In this document: piece after piece, positions 6,185 through 11,878 of the stretch
Layout of the letters: each line of letters starts with the position of its first letter
How positions within the stretch are numbered: the first letter of the stretch is position 1
IMG/VR virus record: IMGVR_UViG_2654587726_000023
Direction: 5' to 3' (one strand)
Origin: a virus
Lineage: Duplodnaviria > Heunggongvirae > Uroviricota > Caudoviricetes
DNA length: 11,878 bases
The notes under the pieces: generated by a model
The model's input: the letters and a program-made list of their open reading frames with translations, nothing else
The model's database searches: none
Told to the model about the DNA's origin: nothing
Program-made: the position numbers and the translations under genes

Positions 6185-7829
6185 GTACGCAGAAGGCGTA
6201 AAAAACGGCAAAATTACGGCCTGTAAACGACTGAAACAGGCCGTTAAACGGTATTTTTCTGACCTTGAAAACCCCCTTTACACGTTCGATCCGGAGGTCG
6301 TGGAGCGGTTTATTGCCTTTTCCAGGGTGTGTCCGCACGTAAAAGGCGCAATGCGCGGTAGCCCCATTGAGCTGGAGCCGTGGCAGCAGTTCGCCTTTGC
6401 GTGCATCCTGGGCTTTAAGGTTAAGGCCACCGGACGGCGCAAATACACCAGCGCATTCATTGAAGTGCCGCGAAAAAATGCCAAATCCACGGTCGCCGCT
6501 ATCCTGGCTAACTGGTTTCTGGTTATGGAAAACGGGCAGCAGGATATTTACACCGCCGCCGTGAGTCGTGATCAGGCGCGGATCGTGTTTGATGATGCGC
6601 GTCAGATGTGCCTTTTATCCCGACCGTTACGAAAGCGGGTAAATATTCAGGCACACAAGGTGATACACCCGAAAACCAACAGCCTGTTAAAGCCACTGGC
6701 AGCAAAAGCGGCAACCATTGAAGGTACAAACCCGAGTCTTGCCATTGTGGATGAATATCACCTGCACCCTGACAACGGGGTTTATTCCGCGCTTGAACTG
6801 GGAATGGGGGCGCGTCCGGAGGGGCTGTTATTTGCCATCACCACATCGGGGAGCAACGTTGTTTCAGCCTGTAAACAACACTATGACTATTGCTGCCAGA
6901 TACTGGATGGTGAAGAGGTGAACGAATCCATGTTCGTGCTGATTTACGAGCTGGATGATGAAAGCGAGGTTGACGATCCGGCGATGTGGATAAAGGCGAA
7001 TCCCAATATCGATGTTTCCGTCGATCGTGAAAAACTGGCCTCAACCATCCAGAAAGCGCGGGGTATTCCGTCGCAGTGGGTGGAAATGCTCACCAAGCGA
7101 TTCAATATCTGGTGTCAGGGGGCTACACCGTGGATGGGTAGCGGTGCATGGGCGGAGTGCGCCGGAACGTTCGCGGAGGCGGATTTATACGGTCAGGAGT
7201 GCTACGCGGGGCTGGACTTATCATCAACCAGCGATATTTCCAGCGTGTGCTATGCCTTTCCGGTCGGTAAAAAGATTATGCTGGTTTCCCGTCACTATCT
7301 GCCGGAATTTCAGCTACAGAACCCCGCCAATAAAAACCGCGCCATCTATCGCCAGTGGGTAAAGGCGGGCTGGATACGCACAACACCGGGTGACTGCATT
7401 GATTATGACCGTATCCGTGATGACATCATGGCGGATGCAGAGAATTTCAATATCAGGCTGGTGGGCTTCGATACATGGAACGCCACGCACCTGAGGACGC
7501 AGCTACAGGGGGCAGGATTTGAGGTGGAGCCGTTCCCGCAAACATACCTTCGTTTCAGTCCGGCGGCGAAATCGTTCGAAGTTTTTGTTAACCGGAAGGT
7601 GATTGTGCATCGTGGCGATCCGGTGCTGGCCTGGTCAATGAGTAATGTTGTGATGCAGAGTGACGCAAACGCCAATATCAAGCCGAACAAGAAAAAATCA
7701 TCCAACAAGATAGACCCGAGCGTTGCGGCTCTGATGGCGTTTGGCACATTCCAGGCAGAACATGAGGAATTTGCATTTGATATAAGCGACAGCCACAAAG
7801 AGCGGCTTGCGGCGTTTGATGGGGTATGA
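6168..7829 (+). CDS. Terminase large subunit
   Basis: 553 aa; apparent TTG start at 6168 with GAGGA RBS, overlapping terS end; motifs …LEPWQQFAFACILGF…, ATPase region …EVPRKNAKSTVAAIL…, …AIVDEYH…, nuclease-domain region …GLDLSSTSD…. Confidence 0.9.
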   Translation: MTAWHEYAEGVKNGKITACKRLKQAVKRYFSDLENPLYTFDPEVVERFIAFSRVCPHVKGAMRGSPIELEPWQQFAFACILGFKVKATGRRKYTSAFIEVPRKNAKSTVAAILANWFLVMENGQQDIYTAAVSRDQARIVFDDARQMCLLSRPLRKRVNIQAHKVIHPKTNSLLKPLAAKAATIEGTNPSLAIVDEYHLHPDNGVYSALELGMGARPEGLLFAITTSGSNVVSACKQHYDYCCQILDGEEVNESMFVLIYELDDESEVDDPAMWIKANPNIDVSVDREKLASTIQKARGIPSQWVEMLTKRFNIWCQGATPWMGSGAWAECAGTFAEADLYGQECYAGLDLSSTSDISSVCYAFPVGKKIMLVSRHYLPEFQLQNPANKNRAIYRQWVKAGWIRTTPGDCIDYDRIRDDIMADAENFNIRLVGFDTWNATHLRTQLQGAGFEVEPFPQTYLRFSPAAKSFEVFVNRKVIVHRGDPVLAWSMSNVVMQSDANANIKPNKKKSSNKIDPSVAALMAFGTFQAEHEEFAFDISDSHKERLAAFDGV

Positions 7830-8119
7830 CGAGAATGAGCGAAACCGAACTACTAAAAATAATCCGTCGCGTTACCGGAATCAGCCAGGAAGCAGGCAAA
7901 CAGGAGGCCACGCAGCCGGACAGCGTGATAGCCGAAAATTACGCGCGTGTGGTGGCTGAGGTGATGCGCCGTGACGGTATCGAGCTTAACGGCGTGGATA
8001 TACGCAATATACGCACCAGAGTTCTGGAGTTGTTGTCATATCGTCGCCGCGTGGAGATGTACCAGGAGAAAGAAAAAATTACTTACCACTGGAAGAAGCC
8101 GGAGCGGTTACGACGTTAA
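7826..8119 (+). CDS. Hypothetical protein (97 aa) downstream of terL
   Basis: ATG 7826 overlaps terL stop (ATGA); alternative ATG at 7835; no recognisable family. Confidence 0.45.
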   Translation: MTRMSETELLKIIRRVTGISQEAGKQEATQPDSVIAENYARVVAEVMRRDGIELNGVDIRNIRTRVLELLSYRRRVEMYQEKEKITYHWKKPERLRR

Positions 8120-8123
8120 CTTG

Positions 8124-8170
8124 TGGTGACATACCGTGACGGAGAGTGACAACCAGTGACACACAGTGAC
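8124..8170. repeat. Five helically phased copies of GTGAC at exact 10-bp intervals (core at 8126, 8136, 8146, 8156, 8166)
   Basis: Direct reading: tgGTGACataccGTGACggagaGTGACaaccaGTGACacacaGTGAC. Confidence 0.7.
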
Positions 8171-8192
8171 AAAAAGACGGTATTTAAATAGA

Positions 8193-8222
8193 GTGGGTGT
8201 TTAATACCCCCCGTTTTTTTTC
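8193..8222 (+). terminator. Possible weak intrinsic terminator (short GC stem then T8 run)
   Basis: GGG…CCC short stem followed by GTTTTTTTT at 8212-8221; stem is weak. Confidence 0.3.
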
Positions 8223-8373
8223 GTGTGGTGCATGGTCAAAATGACCACGGAGAAGATACGCACCGAAGCAGAACAATTACCGTAGGTTAAAGCGACAGTA
8301 TTCACACCAGCAACCTGATTATCAATTTTCAGCCGTTCGGTGGCATCACTGGCCCCATTTTCCTGATGGGGTT

Positions 8374-8526
8374 GCGGGTTATTTGGGGGGGATTTGCGGG
8401 TTATTTTGAATGTCTCGCGGGTTACGCTTTGGCTAATATTCAAACGCATCATTTTTTAACTCATTGATATTAAAGAATAAAAAATACTTAGCAAGCGAAG
8501 ATAACCCGCTAACCCGCATAACCCGC
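8374..8526. repeat. Iteron array 2: 3 copies of GCGGGTTA(T/C) at 8374, 8396, 8417 (about 21-bp spacing), ~75 bp AT-rich spacer, then 3 abutting copies of (A)TAACCCGC at 8501-8526; same 9-mer as array 1
   Basis: Direct reading; same inverted-iteron-flanking-AT-core architecture as 140-262. Confidence 0.6.
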
Positions 8527-8879
8527 ACTGTTTTGTATATATATATACGAAAAATTGCATTCAGGAGGTGGGATCGAAATCCCTACAACCCATTGCTTAT
8601 GGGACTGCCCGCCCCGTCAAATTTTTACACCCGCGAAAAATACTTCAAGCTGGTGGGCATGATGCCGATATGGGGATCCCCATGTCGACATTAACGCCCC
8701 TCATGAATTGGCGTGCTTCCCCCTGGAAAGATGACCCGCCTGTATATTTCTTGTGTCTATTTGTTCCACGTTGTTTCATACAGTGCACCGAACGGTGTAG
8801 TTACTGGTGTAGTCATTTTGCGATTTTTAAAGTTATCTAAGATATTATTTGTCGCTTAAATTCAATTAGTTATGAGTAT

Positions 8880-10247
8880 TTGATTATAAATAGCGGATAT
8901 GAATATCCGGCGAAAAAAATCACCATCAACCTTGCTCCAGCCGATCTGCCAAAAGAAGGGGGACGATATGATTTGCCTATCGCTATTGCGTTACTGGCGG
9001 CCTCAGAACAGCTTACAGCCAATAAGTTAGATGAATATGAATTAGTCGGAGAACTGGCGCTTACAGGCGCTCTGCGTGGCGTTCCCGGCGCAATCTCCAG
9101 TGCAACTGAAGCTATTAAGTCGGGCAGAAAAATTATCGTCGCGAAAGATAACGAAGATGAAGTGGGGCTAATTAACGGTGAAGGATGCCTGATAGCCGAT
9201 CATCTGCAGGCTGTCTGCGCGTTTCTGGAAGGTAAGCACGCTCTCGAACACCCGAAACCAACTAATGCAGTATCCCGGGCGCTACAACATGATCTCAGTG
9301 ATGTTGTCGGTCAGGAGCAAGGAAAGCGAGGACTGGAAATTACCGCCGCTGGCGGGCACAACCTTTTACTGATTGGACCGCCGGGAACAGGTAAAACAAT
9401 GCTCGCCAGCCGTATTAATGGCCTTTTGCCAGATTTAAGCAATGAAGAGGCACTGGAGAGCGCTGCGATATTAAGTCTGGTAAATGCTGAATCAGTACAA
9501 AAACAATGGCGGCAGCGCCCGTTCCGCTCACCTCATCACAGTGCGTCGTTAACTGCGATGGTGGGCGGTGGTGCAATTCCAGGGCCAGGTGAAATTTCGC
9601 TGGCGCATAACGGCGTGCTTTTTCTTGATGAGCTACCTGAATTTGAACGGCGTACACTGGATGCCTTGCGAGAGCCGATTGAATCCGGGCAGATCCATCT
9701 TTCACGCACACGAGCAAAAATAACCTATCCAGCCCGTTTCCAGCTTGTCGCGGCAATGAATCCCAGCCCTACCGGACATTATCAGGGAAACCATAACCGC
9801 TGCACACCAGAACAGACATTACGTTATCTCAACCGGCTCTCGGGGCCCTTTCTCGACCGCTTCGATCTCTCACTGGAGATCCCATTACCGCCCCCCGGCA
9901 TTTTGAGTAAAACGGTAGTGCCGGGAGAAAACAGCACCACCGTTAAACAACGTGTAATGGCCGCCAGAGAGCGCCAATTTAAGCGGCAGAATAAACTGAA
10001 CGCCTGGCTGGATAATCCGGAAATACGCCAATTCTGCAAGCTTGAAAGCGAAGATGCGCAGTGGCTGGAAGAAACGCTGATCCATCTGGGGTTATCGATT
10101 CGTGCCTGGCAGCGGTTATTGAAAGTTGCACGAACCATTGCTGATATTGATCAGTCTGACATTATCACACGTCAGCATTTGCAGGAGGCAGTTAGCTATC
10201 GTGCGATTGACCGTTTGCTCATCCATCTGCAAAAACTACTGACATAA
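8880..10247 (+). CDS. comM: ComM (YifB) Mg-chelatase-like AAA+ competence protein, 5-prime truncated by island insertion
   Basis: 455 aa frame beginning IINSGYEYPAKKITINLAPADLPKEGGRYDLPIAIALL…, Walker A GPPGTGKT; corresponds to E. coli YifB from about residue 51 onward as I recall it; upstream in-frame sequence diverges and hits a stop at 8838-8840; only a TTG at 8880 with no RBS. Confidence 0.85.
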   Translation: MIINSGYEYPAKKITINLAPADLPKEGGRYDLPIAIALLAASEQLTANKLDEYELVGELALTGALRGVPGAISSATEAIKSGRKIIVAKDNEDEVGLINGEGCLIADHLQAVCAFLEGKHALEHPKPTNAVSRALQHDLSDVVGQEQGKRGLEITAAGGHNLLLIGPPGTGKTMLASRINGLLPDLSNEEALESAAILSLVNAESVQKQWRQRPFRSPHHSASLTAMVGGGAIPGPGEISLAHNGVLFLDELPEFERRTLDALREPIESGQIHLSRTRAKITYPARFQLVAAMNPSPTGHYQGNHNRCTPEQTLRYLNRLSGPFLDRFDLSLEIPLPPPGILSKTVVPGENSTTVKQRVMAARERQFKRQNKLNAWLDNPEIRQFCKLESEDAQWLEETLIHLGLSIRAWQRLLKVARTIADIDQSDIITRQHLQEAVSYRAIDRLLIHLQKLLT

Positions 10248-10271
10248 AAAAAGGGCATTTCGCCCTTTTTA
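10246..10271. terminator. Bidirectional intrinsic terminator between convergent comM and maoP
   Basis: AAAAAAAGGGC-atttc-GCCCTTTTT hairpin flanked by A-run and T-run. Confidence 0.75.
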
Positions 10272-10610
10272 TTAATCGTCAGAATCGGTGTAGTCTTCAG
10301 CACCTTCAACCTGCGGTTTACCGCCGGAAAGGGTGTGAAAACGTTTTGGACGCTTGATACGCGTCATATACTTGGACCACACGCGTTCTGCTTCTGTCAC
10401 TGGTTCACGTTCGCCACGGCATACTGCTACGAAGAGTTTCTCTTCCTCGGTAACCGGCTCGCGTTTGCCAAGATCCAACTCATTGAAGGCATAACCATGA
10501 CGCTCAAGCAGTTGTGCCTCTTTGATGGTGAAGTCACCATGACGAGAGAATCCACGTGGATAATGTTTATTGTCGAAATATCGATTAGTCGTCGTAAAGC
10601 TTTCCGCCAT
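10272..10610 (-). CDS. maoP: MaoP (YifE), macrodomain Ori protein
   Basis: 112 aa [60 protein letters not shown]… recognised as E. coli YifE. Confidence 0.9.
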   Translation of the reverse strand: MAESFTTTNRYFDNKHYPRGFSRHGDFTIKEAQLLERHGYAFNELDLGKREPVTEEEKLFVAVCRGEREPVTEAERVWSKYMTRIKRPKRFHTLSGGKPQVEGAEDYTDSDD

Positions 10611-10728
10611 CCTGCACGCTCCTAATTCTTTGACCGAGCTAGTTATGGCGCGGAGTATTAGTTACGCTTGACAGAGTGTAAAACAAAACATTTAAATCAT
10701 AACGACAAATAATTTTGCGGAGAGCACT

Positions 10729-11568
10729 GTGGATACGGAATTGTTAAAAACTTTCCTGGAAGTTAGCCGAACGCGTCACTTTGGTCGAGCGGCTGAATCG
10801 CTCTATCTGACCCAATCAGCCGTGAGCTTTCGAATCAGACAACTGGAAAATCAACTGGGTGTGAATCTTTTCACCCGCCACAGAAACAATATCCGTTTAA
10901 CCGCTGCCGGAGAAAAGCTTCTTCCTTATGCAGAAACGCTCATGAGCACCTGGCAGGCCGCCCGCAAGGAGGTGGCGCATACCTCACGACATAATGAGTT
11001 TTCTATCGGTGCCAGCGCCTCGCTGTGGGAGTGTATGCTTAATCAGTGGCTGGGACGTTTGTATCAAAATCAGGATGTCCATACAGGCTTACAGTTCGAA
11101 GCGCGAATTGCCCAACGGCAGTCTCTGGTAAAACAGTTACATGAACGCCAGCTTGATCTTCTTATTACAACTGAAGCCCCCAAAATGGACGAATTTTGTA
11201 GTCAGTTGCTGGGGTATTTCACTTTAGCGCTTTATACCAGTGCCCCTTCTAAACTAAAGGGAGATCTTAACTATCTGCGACTAGAGTGGGGGCCAGATTT
11301 TCAACAGCATGAGGCAGGTTTGATCGGTGCTGACGAAGTTCCCATTCTGACAACCAGTTCTGCTGAACTGGCACAGCAACAGATTGCGATGCTTAATGGT
11401 TGCACCTGGCTACCCGTCAGTTGGGCACGTAAAAAAGGCGGCCTGCATACCGTTGTCGATAGCACAACACTTTCACGGCCGCTTTATGCCATATGGCTAC
11501 AAAATAGCGATAAAAATGCGTTGATTCGCGATCTATTGAAAATTAACGTGCTGGATGAAGTGTATTAA
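10729..11568 (+). CDS. hdfR: LysR-family transcriptional regulator HdfR
   Basis: 279 aa, GTG start; N-terminal LysR HTH (…[26 protein letters not shown]…); recognised as E. coli HdfR; divergent from maoP. Confidence 0.9.
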   Translation: MDTELLKTFLEVSRTRHFGRAAESLYLTQSAVSFRIRQLENQLGVNLFTRHRNNIRLTAAGEKLLPYAETLMSTWQAARKEVAHTSRHNEFSIGASASLWECMLNQWLGRLYQNQDVHTGLQFEARIAQRQSLVKQLHERQLDLLITTEAPKMDEFCSQLLGYFTLALYTSAPSKLKGDLNYLRLEWGPDFQQHEAGLIGADEVPILTTSSAELAQQQIAMLNGCTWLPVSWARKKGGLHTVVDSTTLSRPLYAIWLQNSDKNALIRDLLKINVLDEVY

Positions 11569-11627
11569 TCTGAATGGCTGGCAAGGATGCCGGTAGAAGG
11601 ATTTACTTCGGAGAGGGTTATTTCAGA

Positions 11628-11658
11628 TAAAAAAAATCCTTAGCTTTCGCTAAGGATG
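11628..11658 (-). terminator. Intrinsic terminator downstream of trpT on the minus strand (also faces hdfR)
   Basis: Hairpin ATCCTTAGC-tttc-GCTAAGGAT (9 bp stem) with an A8 run on + strand, equal to a U-run on the minus-strand transcript. Confidence 0.8.
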
Positions 11659-11663
11659 ATTTC

Positions 11664-11739
11664 TGGCAGGGGCGGAGAGACTCGAACTCCCAACACCCGG
11701 TTTTGGAGACCGGTGCTCTACCAATTGAACTACGCCCCT
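11664..11739 (-). tRNA. trpT: tRNA-Trp (anticodon CCA)
   Basis: Reverse complement reads AGGGGCGTAGTTCAATTGGTAGAGCACCGGTCTCCAAAACCGGGTGTTGGGAGTTCGAGTCTCTCCGCCCCTGCCA, 76 nt, matching E. coli tRNA-Trp. Confidence 0.95.
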
Positions 11740-11747
11740 AATTAGGG

Positions 11748-11824
11748 TGGCGGAACGGACGGGACTCGAACCCGCGACCCCCTGCGTGACAGGCAGGTAT
11801 TCTAACCGACTGAACTACCGCTCC
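11748..11824 (-). tRNA. aspT: tRNA-Asp (anticodon GUC)
   Basis: Reverse complement reads GGAGCGGTAGTTCAGTCGGTTAGAATACCTGCCTGTCACGCAGGGGGTCGCGGGTTCGAGTCCCGTCCGTTCCGCCA, 77 nt, matching E. coli tRNA-Asp; 8 bp from trpT as in the distal end of rrnC. Confidence 0.95.
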
Positions 11825-11878
11825 ACCGAATTCTTTTACAACCACCGGTTTTATGACCGGCTTACTGCTTAATTTGAT

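Larger units (their letters stand above)
1..8879 (+). mobile_element. Integrated phage-satellite-like island (right-hand part; left end outside window); capsid-forming PICI-like
   Basis: Contiguous + strand block of replication-associated iterons plus HK97-type capsid, protease, portal, connector, HNH, TerS, TerL genes without tail or lysis genes; ends where comM reading frame begins abruptly at about codon 51 of the intact protein. Confidence 0.7.

Noticed and set aside
5687-6211. Long ORF-track frames 5687-6184 (+) and 5714-6211 (-), plus other overlapping frames in 5053-6059
   Set aside because: The + frame is the terS frame but its upstream part crosses the intergenic region; ATG 5828 is the more plausible start. 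The minus frame is antisense to terS.
8563-8590. tRNA-like T-arm (GGGATCGAAATCCC) suggesting a tRNA fragment or att site
   Set aside because: Only a 4-bp stem with a 6-nt loop; no flanking acceptor or anticodon arms; does not match a tRNA fold.
8201-8840. ORFs 8201-8452 (-), 8464-8694 (+), 8568-8840 (+) as genes, including a possible small integrase or excisionase
   Set aside because: Translations are low-complexity or Cys/Trp-rich with no recognisable domain and lie across obvious non-coding repeat structures; too short for a tyrosine or serine recombinase.
1-8879. Retron, toxin-antitoxin or other compact defence system inside the island
   Set aside because: No reverse transcriptase, nuclease-NTPase pair or toxin-like ORF recognised by eye; the only unusual cargo is the SSB/ProQ-FinO/orf82 operon, reported separately as a hypothesis.
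11825-11878. 5S rRNA (rrfC) on the minus strand at the window edge
   Set aside because: Genome context predicts the 5S 3-prime end right at the window boundary, but at most the last ~2 nt fall inside the window; too little sequence to call a feature.

Overview
Enterobacterial (Escherichia coli-like) chromosome at the comM(yifB)-maoP(yifE)-hdfR-trpT-aspT locus, with the right-hand ~8.9 kb of an integrated phage-satellite-like island occupying positions 1 to ~8879. All island genes are on the + strand: the 3-prime end of an upstream gene (possibly the replication protein), a 9-bp iteron array, an SSB-like gene, a ProQ/FinO-domain gene and an 82-aa ORF, then a complete HK97-type head and packaging set (major capsid, prohead protease, portal, gp6-like connector, HNH endonuclease, small and large terminase). 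No tail, lysis or integrase genes are present in the window. The island ends in a ~760 bp non-coding arm carrying GTGAC repeats and a second iteron array, and abuts a comM that appears to lack about 50 N-terminal codons. The most interesting reading is a capsid-forming, tail-less satellite (cf-PICI-like) inserted in comM, with an unusual head-gene order and a P4-like pair of iteron clusters. Protein calls rest on reading the translations against remembered family features; no database search was run. The left end of the island, and therefore any integrase and attL, lies outside the window.
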